From: an uncultured Acidobacteriota bacterium
GTDB lineage: Bacteria; Acidobacteriota; Thermoanaerobaculia; UBA5066; Gp7-AA6
DNA: 64,000 nucleotides
Direction of reading: 5' to 3'
Assembly (NCBI GenBank): GCA_963725095.1
Contig: CAVRXJ010000007.1
Coordinates: forward strand, 36,331-100,330
Shown: in pieces, positions 33,277 to 42,520 of the stretch
How the letters are laid out: each line of letters begins with the position of its first letter
How positions within the stretch are numbered: position 1 is the stretch's first letter
Notes under the pieces: model-generated
What the model saw: the letters and a program-made list of their open reading frames with translations, nothing else
Told to the model about the DNA's origin: nothing
Database searches by the model: none
Position numbers and translations under genes: made by a program

Positions 33277-33452
33277 ATTGCCCTCGTCCTCTGGACTCTC
33301 CGGCTGATGGCGCAGTCTTCTTCGCGGAAGACAGGGAAGTCAAGCCCGTGTCGAGGACCGAATGACCTAGGCAATCCCGCGGAGAGGCCCCGGCGCTCCG
33401 ATTTCCCGATCCGGCCACTTTGCCCTATGCTTGCAGCGCGAAGGGGAGGGCC

Positions 33453-34857
33453 ATGGCTGCCGAAGTCATCATGCCGCAGATGGGCGAGTCGATCGCCGAG
33501 GGAACGATCACCAAGTGGTTGAAAAAGGTGGGAGATCCGGTCAAACGGGACGAGCCCATCTTCGAGATCTCGACGGACAAGGTGGACGCGGAGATCCCCT
33601 CGCCGGTCGCCGGGACGCTGCTCGAGATCAAGGTCGCCGAAGGACAGACGGTGGCGATCAACACCGTGGTGGCTCTGATCGGCGAGGCGGGCGAAAAGGC
33701 GGCGGCCGGCCGCGGAGGCTCCTGCCCCGAAACCGGCCGCTCCGCCGGCTCCGGCTGCCGCGGCTCCGGCCGCGCCCGCACCGCCGGAGAAGGCTCCCGA
33801 GCCCCGGCCCGCGCCGGCGGCTCCCGCTCCCCGACCGGCGCCCGCGGCCCCTCCCCCGCCGCCGGCCGCGTCGCAGGGGACCGTCGAGTCCTTCGAGGAA
33901 CGGGTCCGCCAGCGCTCTTCGCCGCTGGTGCGCAAGATCGCCCAGGAACAGGGCATCAACATCCAGGAGATCGAGGGCACCGGAATTCACAACCGCGTGA
34001 CGAAGAACGACATCATTTCGCACATCGAGAATCGGAAGGTCGCGTCCGTCTCGACGGCCGCGGCTCCGGCTGCGGCGCCCGCCGTCGGCCGCGCCGAGCC
34101 CGCAGCGTCTCCCGCTCCGTCTCCCGTCCGTCCGGCCGCCGCCCCGACGGACCGCGACGAGGTCGTCGCGATGACGAGGATCCGGAAGATCACCGCCGAG
34201 AACATGATCCTCTCCAAGCGGACGTCGGCCCACGTGACGACCGTCTTCCACGTCGACTACACCAACATCGCGCGCCTCCGGGAGAAGAACAAGGACGCCT
34301 TCCTCGAGAAGAACGGCGTGAAACTGACCTACCTGCCCTTCATCTTCCGCGCGGCGATTCAGGCCTTGAAGGAATTCCCTCAGGTCAACGCCTCGATCGA
34401 CGGCGACAACATCGTCTACCACAAGGACGTCCACCTCGGGATGGCGGTCGCGCTCGACTGGGGGCTGATCGTGCCGGTCATCAAGAACGCCGACGAGAAG
34501 TCGATCCTCGGCCTCGCGCGGGCGACCCAGGATCTGGCCGAGCGGGCGCGCTCGAAGCGGTTGAAGCCCGAGGAGATCCAGGGCGGCACGTTCACCGTCA
34601 CCAACCCCGGCATGTTCGGATCGCTCTTCGGCACGCCGATCATCCCGCAGCCGCAGGTCGCGATCCTGGGCGTCGGCACGATCGAGAAGCGCCCGGTCGT
34701 CGTCAGCGACGAGAACGGAGCCGACGCGCTCGGCATCCGCACCGTCGGATACCTCGCCCTGTCCTTCGACCACCGCCTGATCGACGGCGCCGACGCCGAC
34801 AAGTTCATGGCGGCGATGAAGAAGACGCTCGAAAAGGGAGAGTTCGAGCTCGGGTGA
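33453..34857 (+). CDS. Dihydrolipoamide acyltransferase (E2 component of a 2-oxoacid dehydrogenase complex), one frame break in the Ala/Pro linker
   Basis: RBS AAGGGGAGGG then ATG 33453. Lipoyl domain ..ITKWLKKVGDPVKRDEPIFEISTDKVDAEIPSPVAGTLLEI. AP-rich linker with a break near 33700. E3-binding ..SPLVRKIAQEQGINIQEIEGTG. Catalytic ..LSFDHRLIDGADADKF. Confidence 0.85.
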
Positions 34858-34870
34858 CACGACCGCGACC

Positions 34871-36160
34871 TTGACCTCCGGCAGCGTTCCGCGGCTACCC
34901 CGCGGAGCGATCCTGGCGATCCTTTCCCTCGCGCTGGCAGCCCGGCTGGCTGCGATCGCGCATTTCGGCTTCTCGACGCTGCGGTTCGGCGACGCCCGCG
35001 CCTACCTCTTCGCCGCGGAGCGCCTCGTCCGCACGGGAAGCTATCCCCTGGCGACGGAGCCGTTCTACTTCCGCGCGCCCGGATACCCGGTCCTGCTCGC
35101 CGGGATCACGCTGGGCCACCCGGACCGGATCGCTCCGGCAAAGATCGCCAACGCGTTTCTGGGATCTCTCGCCGCGCTGCTCCTCGCCGCGCTGTCGGCG
35201 CGCCTCTTCCGCGACCGGCTCGCCGCCGTCGCCACGGGACTCGCCGCCGCGCTCCATCCCGGCCTCGTCTCCCTCTCGACGGACGTGCAGAGCGAGCCGC
35301 TCTTTCTCGTCCTGCTTCTCGGCTCGGGGTACTTCCTGCTGGCAGCCGCCGATCGGCCCTCTTCCAATCTCGCGGTCGGGGCGGGAGTCCTGCTCGCCGC
35401 GGCGGCTCTGACCCGCCCCTCGGCGCTTTGCCTCGCGCCCCTGCTCGCGGCTCCGCTCTTCGACCGGCGCTACCCGGTGCGCGCGCGGGCGCACCTGGCG
35501 GCCTCGGGCCTGCTCGGCTGCGCTCTGGGCCTCGCCCCCTGGACCCTCCGCAACGCCCTCGTGTTCCACGAGCTCATCCCCGTCAACGACGCTGCGGGAA
35601 GCGCCTTCTACCAGGGCAATTCCGACGCGATGGTCCGGTTCTACGGCCTCTCCACCCGTCCGCAATACGATCGGTGGGCCGCCGACACGGCAGACGACCT
35701 CCTGCAACGGGATCGCGAAGCCAGAGCCCAGGCCGACGGATCGCCGGGCGCGAGGTCGAGCTACTTCTTTCACGCCGCCCTTGCTCAGCGCCTTCCGGAC
35801 CCGTCCGGCTGGGCGCGTCTGGCGGCACGAAAAGCGTGGGATTGGATTCGCCCCTATCCGAATCCCATTTTCTGGCCTTCCGCGTTGCTGTGGGGAATCG
35901 GAATTCTGGAGCTCTCGCTCATGGTGTTCGCCGTCATCGGCTTCTCGACAGCCGACCGGGCGGGTGTCCGGAATTTCACCCTCGCATACCTCGCCATCAC
36001 TCTGGTTTCGCACGTGACCTTGATCGTCGTGTGGAGGTATCGCCTCGCCTACTGGGATCCCGTCCTTCTCCTCTACGCGGTTCCGGGTCTGCTCGGGCTC
36101 AAGCGATTCCCGGTGAATGGGCGGGAAGCGCCTGCCGTGACGCGCCGGGGCCGGAAGTAG
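34871..36160 (+). CDS. Polytopic membrane protein, GT-C fold (ArnT/PMT_2-like) glycosyltransferase candidate
   Basis: Intact 429-aa ORF (TTG start per the ORF track) with about 10-12 hydrophobic segments. The first loop ..RFGDARAYLFAAERLVRTGSY.. resembles the acidic first-loop motif of ArnT/PMT-type enzymes. The assignment is by resemblance only. Confidence 0.5.
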   Translation: MTSGSVPRLPRGAILAILSLALAARLAAIAHFGFSTLRFGDARAYLFAAERLVRTGSYPLATEPFYFRAPGYPVLLAGITLGHPDRIAPAKIANAFLGSLAALLLAALSARLFRDRLAAVATGLAAALHPGLVSLSTDVQSEPLFLVLLLGSGYFLLAAADRPSSNLAVGAGVLLAAAALTRPSALCLAPLLAAPLFDRRYPVRARAHLAASGLLGCALGLAPWTLRNALVFHELIPVNDAAGSAFYQGNSDAMVRFYGLSTRPQYDRWAADTADDLLQRDREARAQADGSPGARSSYFFHAALAQRLPDPSGWARLAARKAWDWIRPYPNPIFWPSALLWGIGILELSLMVFAVIGFSTADRAGVRNFTLAYLAITLVSHVTLIVVWRYRLAYWDPVLLLYAVPGLLGLKRFPVNGREAPAVTRRGRK

Positions 36161-36170
36161 ACTCTGTCGC

Positions 36171-36848
36171 GTGGAAGCCCTCCGAAACCGCACGGCGACG
36201 ACCGTCCGCTGGCTCGGGCGGATCGGCTATGAGGAGGCCTGGGACCTCCAGCGCCAGGCCGCGGAGCGCGTGAAGGCCGGCGGCCCGGAGACGCTCTTCC
36301 TGCTCGAGCACGATCCCGTCTTCACCCTCGGCCGCAACGCGGCCCGGGCCGAGGTGCTCTTCACGCCGGAGCGTTGCCGGGAGCTCGGCATCGCCGTCCT
36401 CGAGACCGACCGGGGAGGCCGGGTCACGTACCACGGCCCGGGACAGCTCGTGGGCTACCCCGTCGTCAACCTGCATCCCGACCGCCGCGACGTCAAACGC
36501 TACGTCACGGATCTCGAGGAAGTCCTGATCCGGACGCTCGCGGACTTCGGAATCCGCGCGGCGCGCTCCGAGCGCAGGGAGCGCGTCTCCTCGCTCTGGG
36601 TGGGCAACGACAAGATCGCCGCGATCGGAATTCACATCTCGCGCTGGGTCACGACGCACGGCTTCGCCCTGAACGTGACCGACGCGCCGCTGCCGAATTT
36701 TTCCGGCATCGTGCCCTGCGGCATCACCGACGGAGGCGTCACGACGATGGAACGCCTGCTCCACCGCGCGCCGGACGTGGCCGACGTCGCCCGAGCCATC
36801 CCTCCCCGTTTCGCGGAGGTCTTCGGCCGGGAGATAATCGCCGCTTGA
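36171..36848 (+). CDS. lipB: Octanoyltransferase LipB
   Basis: Intact 225-aa ORF. ..[13 protein letters not shown].., ..[18 protein letters not shown].., ..[22 protein letters not shown].. are classic LipB motifs. Confidence 0.9.
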   Translation: MEALRNRTATTVRWLGRIGYEEAWDLQRQAAERVKAGGPETLFLLEHDPVFTLGRNAARAEVLFTPERCRELGIAVLETDRGGRVTYHGPGQLVGYPVVNLHPDRRDVKRYVTDLEEVLIRTLADFGIRAARSERRERVSSLWVGNDKIAAIGIHISRWVTTHGFALNVTDAPLPNFSGIVPCGITDGGVTTMERLLHRAPDVADVARAIPPRFAEVFGREIIAA

Positions 36849-37760
36849 GCACCCAACTGCCCGCGCTGCCCTCCGAACGCCCCTTGCGCCTCCAGAGGCC
36901 CGAATGGCTGAAGGTGCGCGCCAACACGACCGGAGAATACGAAGCCGTCCGGGCGATGATGCGCCGGCTGTCGCTGACGACGGTCTGCGAAGAGGCGCGC
37001 TGCCCGAACATCCACGAGTGCTGGGCGAGCGAGCGCACGGCCACGTTCATGCTGATGGGCGACATCTGCACGCGCCACTGCGGCTTCTGCGCCGTCGGCA
37101 AGGGCCAGCCGGGCGCGCTCGACCCGGCCGAGCCCGGGCGCGTCGCCGAGGCCGCCGAGGAGCTCGGCCTTTCGCACGCCGTCGTCACGTCGGTCAACCG
37201 CGACGACCTGCCCGACGGCGGTGCGGCGCACTTCGCGGCGACGATCCGCGCGATCCGGCGAAGGCTGCCGCAGTGCACGCGTCGAGGTCCTGATCCCGGA
37301 CTTCCGCGGCGACGCCGCGGCGCTGGAGACCGTGCTCGCCGAGGAGCCCGAGATCCTGAACCACAACACCGAGACCGTGCCCCGCCTGTACCGCCGCGTG
37401 CGGCCCGACGCGCGCTACGCGCAGTCCCTCGAGCTGCTGGCGCGGGCCGACGCCCGCCGGCGCCGGACCGGATCGGCGATGAAGACGAAATCCGGATTGA
37501 TGGCGGGCCTCGGCGAGACGATGGACGAGCTGCTCGCGACGCTCTCCGACCTGCGCGCGGTCGGATGCGACATCGCGACCGTCGGCCAGTACCTGCAGCC
37601 CTACGAGAAGCGGCTTCCGGTCGAGCGGTACTACACGCCGGAGGAGTTCGATCGGCTGCGAAGCGAAGGAGAGGCCATGGGATTCCTGCGGGTCGAGTCG
37701 GGACCGCTCGTGCGCTCCTCCTACCACGCCCGGCGCGCCCTCGAAGGGTCGCGGGCTTGA
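36845..37760 (+). CDS. lipA: Lipoyl synthase LipA (radical SAM), one frame break
   Basis: ..RPEWLKV.., [15 protein letters not shown], and radical [13 protein letters not shown]. Break near 37270. ..[12 protein letters not shown].., ..[11 protein letters not shown]... There is no ATG/GTG upstream of RPEWLKV, so I assume TTG 36845 overlapping the lipB stop (TTGA). Confidence 0.85.
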
Positions 37761-38512
37761 GGGCCGCTCTCGGCGCGCTGCTCTTCGCGGCCGCCGCCGC
37801 GCTTTCCGCGCAGACCCGCGGCGCCGAGCTGACGCGCCAGGAGAAGCCCGTGTACCCGCCGGCGCTCAAGGACGCCGTGGCGCAGGGCAACGTGATCCTG
37901 ATCGGCCGCATCGACAAGAACGGCACGGTCCAGGACATCAAGGCCGTGTGGACCACCCACGAGCAGTTCGTCGAGCCGACGATCACGGCCGCGCGGGCCT
38001 GGGTCTTCCGCCCGGCGTTGAAGGACGGCCGCCCGATCGACATCGCCGCGAACATGGTCTTTCCGTTCCGCATGAAGGACGAGCAGGGCAAGGCCGCCGG
38101 CCGCGAGCTTCCGGGACCGGCGCTTTCGGAGCTCGCCGTCTTCCCGGCCGACGCCGCCGGGAAGAAGACGGCGCCGGAGGGCTTCCCGATCCGCCAGGGC
38201 GGCGACCCGCGGCTGCGGGTCGAGGCGGCGATCGACGTCGCGCCGATGCAGAACGCGCGCAAGCTGACGGTTCGCGTCGAGGCCGTTTCGCCGACCGGAA
38301 AGGCCTTCCCGGCCTTCGAGGATCAGCTCCCGGTGCCGGCCAACGGGACCCGGGTCAAGCTCGAGTTCAGCGCCCCGATCGGCCGCGACTGGGAGGACGG
38401 CGTCTGGATGCTGCGCTTCAAGGGAGACAAGCGGCTGGCCGGCACGGGCCAGTTCTGGCTGGCGCGCGATCCAGCCACGTTCGACTTCGCCGCCGCTCTG
38501 AAGAAGAAGTAG
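37757..38512 (+). CDS. Secreted protein with TonB C-terminal-like domain
   Basis: Signal peptide ..[16 protein letters not shown]. ..[64 protein letters not shown] matches the TonB_C pattern (P-x-YP...G-x-V...G-x-V....A...W-x-F-x-PA...G-x-P). TTG 37757 overlaps the lipA stop. Frame intact. Confidence 0.5.
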   Translation: MRAALGALLFAAAAALSAQTRGAELTRQEKPVYPPALKDAVAQGNVILIGRIDKNGTVQDIKAVWTTHEQFVEPTITAARAWVFRPALKDGRPIDIAANMVFPFRMKDEQGKAAGRELPGPALSELAVFPADAAGKKTAPEGFPIRQGGDPRLRVEAAIDVAPMQNARKLTVRVEAVSPTGKAFPAFEDQLPVPANGTRVKLEFSAPIGRDWEDGVWMLRFKGDKRLAGTGQFWLARDPATFDFAAALKKK

Positions 38513-38531
38513 GCCGACGGCCGAGGCTCTG

Positions 38532-39419
38532 GTGCCAGAGATCCGGGTCGGAACCGCGGGTTGGTCCTACGAGGACTGGCGCGGCATCGTCTACCCGCAG
38601 CGCCCGCCCCGCGGCTTCGACCGGCTCGCGCTGCTCGCGTCGCTTTTCGACACCAACGAGATCAATTCGACCTTCTACCGCATCCCCGATGCGCGCCAGA
38701 CGAGCGATTGGGCCCGGCGCGTGGCCCACAACCCGCGGTTTGCCTTCACGGCCAAGCTGTTCCGGGGCTTCACCCACGAGCGCGACGCGGGGCCTCCCGA
38801 GGAGAAGGCCTTTCTTTCCGCGATGGAGCCGCTCGCCCGCGAGCGGCGTCTCGGGGCGGTCCTGATTCAGTACCCCTTCTCCTTCCACGACACGGCGGAT
38901 AACCGAGACGCCCTCCGGGCGGTCCTCGACCGCTTCCGGAGTCTGCCGCTGGCCGTGGAGTTTCGCCACGCGACCTGGAACCGGGAGGAAACGGCGCGCC
39001 TGCTCTCCGAGCGGGGAGCCGCCTTCGTGAACATCGACCAGCCGGAGCTCGCCGGTAACCTCCCCGCCACCAACCGCGTCACGGCGCCGATCGCCTATTA
39101 CCGATTCCATGGGCGCAACGCCGAGAAGTGGTTCGGCGAGACGAGCAACGAGGAGCGTTACAACTACCTCTACTCAGGCGCGCAGCTGGCACCCTGGATC
39201 GGACGGATCCGCGAGGCCGCGACGCGGACGCCGCGTGCGGGTGTGTTCGCGATCCTGAACAACCACTTCCGCGGCCAGGCCGTCGCCAACGCTCTCATGC
39301 TCCAGAAGGAGCTCACGGGCGAGTTCCGGACAGCGCCCCGGTCGCTTCTCGAGACCTATCCGCAGCTCTCCGCCGTCGCGTCGCCGCCGGCGGAAGACGG
39401 CCAGCGACCGCTCTTCTGA
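38532..39419 (+). CDS. DUF72 (UPF0759) family protein
   Basis: Intact 295-aa ORF. ..IRVGTAGWSYEDWRG..YP.., ..FDTNEINSTFYR.., ..AVEFRHATW.., ..YYRFHGRN.. are typical of DUF72. Confidence 0.85.
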   Translation: MPEIRVGTAGWSYEDWRGIVYPQRPPRGFDRLALLASLFDTNEINSTFYRIPDARQTSDWARRVAHNPRFAFTAKLFRGFTHERDAGPPEEKAFLSAMEPLARERRLGAVLIQYPFSFHDTADNRDALRAVLDRFRSLPLAVEFRHATWNREETARLLSERGAAFVNIDQPELAGNLPATNRVTAPIAYYRFHGRNAEKWFGETSNEERYNYLYSGAQLAPWIGRIREAATRTPRAGVFAILNNHFRGQAVANALMLQKELTGEFRTAPRSLLETYPQLSAVASPPAEDGQRPLF

Positions 39420-39437
39420 CCCGGTGCGGACCGCGCG

Positions 39438-40770
39438 TCAGTTGCGGTTCAGCCTCTCGTCCAGAAGCAGGATCGCCCTGTACAGAACTTCCGCGCCGTT
39501 GGCGACATCCTGGGGCGACGTGAACTCCTTCGGAGAGTGGCTGATTCCGTCCTTGCTCGGAACGAAGATCATCGCCATCGGCGCGATGTGGGCAAGCTGC
39601 TGCGAATCCTGGCCTGCGAAGCTCGGCAGATCCACGGTCTGGAGACCGGCCGACTTCGCGGCGTCCCGGATGGCGGCCTGAAGCGCCGGGTCCGCGCGGG
39701 CGGCCTTCACGTCGTCCAGAGGCGTGCAGCTCGTTTCCACGCCCTCCGCCTTGTCGGTCGCCCGGAGCGCTTCCTGGATCCTGTCCCACATCCGGTCGAT
39801 CTTGCCGTCGTCGAGATCCCGCAACTCGATCGGGAACTCGGCGCGGCCCGGGATGACGTTGATCGCACCCGGCTCCGCCTTCATGAAGCCCACGGTGCCG
39901 ACCTGGCTCCCGGTCTCCGCGCGCACGACTTCCCGCACGGCGAGCACGTCCCTGGACGCGGCGGCCAGCGCGTCGTGGCGGCGGTTCATAGGAGTCGTCC
40001 CGGCATGATTGGCGAAGCCCGTGATCACGCACTTCCAGCGCTTGACCCCCACGATCCCCTGCACCACGCCGATGGGTATGCCCTTCTCATAGAGGTTCGG
40101 CCCCTGCTCGATGTGCAACTCGAGGAAGCCCGCGAGGGCCCCGGCAGGGATGCGCGCCTCGGCAAGACGAGAAGGATCCTGCCCGTAGCGCCTCAGCCAG
40201 TCCGCGATCGTCAGGCCCTGGTCGTCCTTGCGGTCGAGAATCTCGGAGCCGAGCAGCCCTGCGGCGACTCCCGATCCGAGCGTGCCGAGGCCGAAGTGAT
40301 TCCCCTCCTCGTTCGTCCAGATCACCACCTCGAGCGGGTGCCGGGTGCGGACCTTTCCGTCGTTCAAGGCGCGGATCACCTCGATCGCGCCCATGCTGCC
40401 CACATCCCCGTCGAAGTTCCCGCCATGGAGGACCGAATCGATGTGCGACCCGAAGAGCAGGACGGGCAGCTTCTCGGAGCCTGCGCGCCGGCCGAAGATG
40501 TTTCCCGCAGGATCGACCCGCACCTCGAGGCCCGCTTGCTTCATCAGCCCGATGACGTATTCCCGTGCGGCCATGTCGGTATCGGAGAAACCGATCCGCG
40601 TGACGCCGCCCTCGGGATTGCGGCCGAACTCGCTCAACTTCTCGAGCGTGCCCTGCAGGCGCTGCGAATTGACGTGAAACGCCGAAGCGTCGGCCGCCCT
40701 GACCCAAAGAAGGCGCCGCGGCGAGAAGGATCAGCCACGCCCGAAGGAGCACCTTTGCGCGTCGGGTCAT
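39438..40770 (-). CDS. Secreted M20-family amidase (allantoate amidohydrolase / N-carbamoyl-amino-acid hydrolase type), one frame break
   Basis: ATG 40770 with signal peptide MTRRAKVLLRAWLILLAAAPSLGQ. Break near 40697. ..GGVTRIGFSDTDMAAREYV..AGNIFGRRAG..VLLFGSHIDSVLHGGNFDGDVG..EEG.. Confidence 0.8.
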
Positions 40771-41805
40771 CCGGAGTTGGCCTGCCCCTGCGTCTCGGCG
40801 AAGTCTCGGATGTCTCGGAACGGAGTGTCCCGGTCGTGAAAGTCGGGCCGGTAGTAGCGGTTGGCCGTCTCGAGCTCCTGCTGGAAGCCCTGTTCCATCC
40901 CGTTGGACGCCAGGGCCGCGAGCGCCTCTTCCCACTCGGCCGCCGTGATCGACCGCGAGAGCGCCGCGTACTTCTCGCCCGAGGCGGCCCGATGGATCGG
41001 GTAGTACTGGGCCATCAGCGAAATGGCGACGCGCGGCGAGAGCGTCTCCGCGATCCACGCGAGCGAGTCGCCCACTCCGGCGGCGCCGTTGGGCAGGACC
41101 AGCACGCGCACGAGGAGGCCGCTCTTCAAGAGACCGTCGTCTCCGTAGACGAGACGGCTGCCCTTCTGGCGGTACATCTCGATCAGCGCCTCGCGCGAAC
41201 GCTCGGCGTAGTCGGGAACCTTGGAGTAGAGCCAGCCCGCCGCGGAGTCGGCGTACTTCAGGTCCGGCAGATAGACGTCCACGACGCCTTCGAGCAGGCG
41301 CAGGACCTCGACCGAGTCGTAGGCGTTCGTGTTGTAGACGATCGGCAGCCGCAGCCCGGCGCGCGCCGCGAGGAGGATCGCCTTCGCCACCTGCGGCGCG
41401 TAGTGCGTCGGGCGAGACGAAGCCGATGTTGTGGCAGCCGCGGTCCTGCAGCTCGAGCATCATCTCGGCCAGGCGCTCGACCGAGACCGTGTTGCCGCGC
41501 TGACCCGCATAGTCCTGGCTGATCTGGAAGTTCTGGCAGTAGACGCAGCGCAGGTTGCAGTTGCCGAGAAAGATGTTGCCCGCGCCATGGGTGCCCGAGA
41601 GCACCGGCTCCTCGCCGAAGTGCGCCGTGTAGGCCGACACCACCGGGTCCGCCCCCGACGCGCACGAGGCGAGAACGCCCGCCAGGCGGTCGTTTCCGCA
41701 GTCCCGCGGGCAGACGGTGCAGGAAGACAGCAGTCCGTAGAGCCGCTCGACGCGGCGCTCGAGCTCGCCGGAAGCGAGGAGCGTCAGATATCCGGGCTCG
41801 GTCAT
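40767..41805 (-). CDS. Radical SAM protein of the PflX-like (pyruvate formate-lyase activase-related) group, one frame break
   Basis: N-terminal Cys cluster CTVCPRDCGNDRL..C and radical SAM motif CNLRCVYCQN. Break near 41410. The stop overlaps the M20 start (ATGA at 40767-40770). Confidence 0.75.
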
Positions 41806-41833
41806 CGCCGGTCGAGCTTAGCATTGGGAACCG

Positions 41834-42310
41834 ATGCCCGAGAGTTTCCAGAGCCGCCGGATGCGGTGGGGCTTCAACCTTTTCCCGGCCTACCGGGGCA
41901 CGGGCGCCCGGATCACGTACATGGCGAGCGACTACAGAGAAGTGCGGGTCCGGCTGCCCCTGTCCTGGCGCACGCGCAACTACGTCGGCACGATTTTCGG
42001 CGGGAGCCTCTACGGAGCGATCGATCCGATCTACATGATCATGCTCATCAAGATCCTCGGGCCGGAGTACGTCGTTTGGGACAAGGCGGCGACGATCCGA
42101 TTCCGGCGGCCGGGCCGGACGACCCTGTTCGCGCGGTTCGCGATCGAGGAGGAGGAGATCGCGACGATCCGGCGGCTGGCCGGGGAGAATCCCTCGATCG
42201 ACCGGGTGTACCGGGTCGACCTGGCGGATTCGCGCGGCGTTGTTCACGCCAGCGTCGAGAAAACCGTATACATACGCAGACGTGGAGAGAAACCGGACTT
42301 CCGCTCCTGA
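41834..42310 (+). CDS. Hot-dog-fold thioesterase-like protein (DUF4442-like)
   Basis: Intact 158-aa ORF. ..RNYVGTIFGGSLYGAIDPIYMIML.. resembles the PaaI/DUF4442 hot-dog motif. The family assignment is from memory. Confidence 0.5.
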   Translation: MPESFQSRRMRWGFNLFPAYRGTGARITYMASDYREVRVRLPLSWRTRNYVGTIFGGSLYGAIDPIYMIMLIKILGPEYVVWDKAATIRFRRPGRTTLFARFAIEEEEIATIRRLAGENPSIDRVYRVDLADSRGVVHASVEKTVYIRRRGEKPDFRS

Positions 42311-42412
42311 AGCCCTTACGGAGAATCCTCGAAGTGGGCGAGGCTATCCTGCTGACGGCGTTCGGGTTCTCCTCCGGCCAGGTACCTGCCTCGCCGAAGC
42401 GCTCAGGATGTC

Positions 42413-42442
42413 TTGACAGGTCGACCAACCCGGCCGAAGAAT
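42413..42442 (+). promoter_or_regulatory. Sigma70-like promoter upstream of the TonB-dependent receptor
   Basis: Perfect -35 TTGACA (42413-42418), an 18-nt spacer, then AAGAAT (42437-42442). It lies about 80 nt upstream of the GTG at 42521. Confidence 0.4.
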
Positions 42443-42520
42443 CTTTCGTAGTCGTCTTGCAGGTAAGCGTTCGGCCGAGCGGCCCCGGGGCGAGACCGTT
42501 CGCTGCCTGACGGGAGGAAT

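Noticed and set aside
33277-33980. N-terminal 230 aa of the 1171-aa ORF 30465..33980 (Gly/Ala/Arg-rich)
   Set aside because: This part is antisense to the E2 gene and its Ala/Pro linker. The giant gene starts at 33276 with an RBS-preceded ATG and a signal peptide in another frame.
42311-42520. Possible riboswitch (for example cobalamin) in the 210-nt region upstream of the TonB-dependent receptor
   Set aside because: I could not find conserved riboswitch core motifs by eye. The region is better explained by a TTGACA-N18-AAGAAT promoter and a ~70-nt leader. A covariance-model scan would be needed to exclude a riboswitch.
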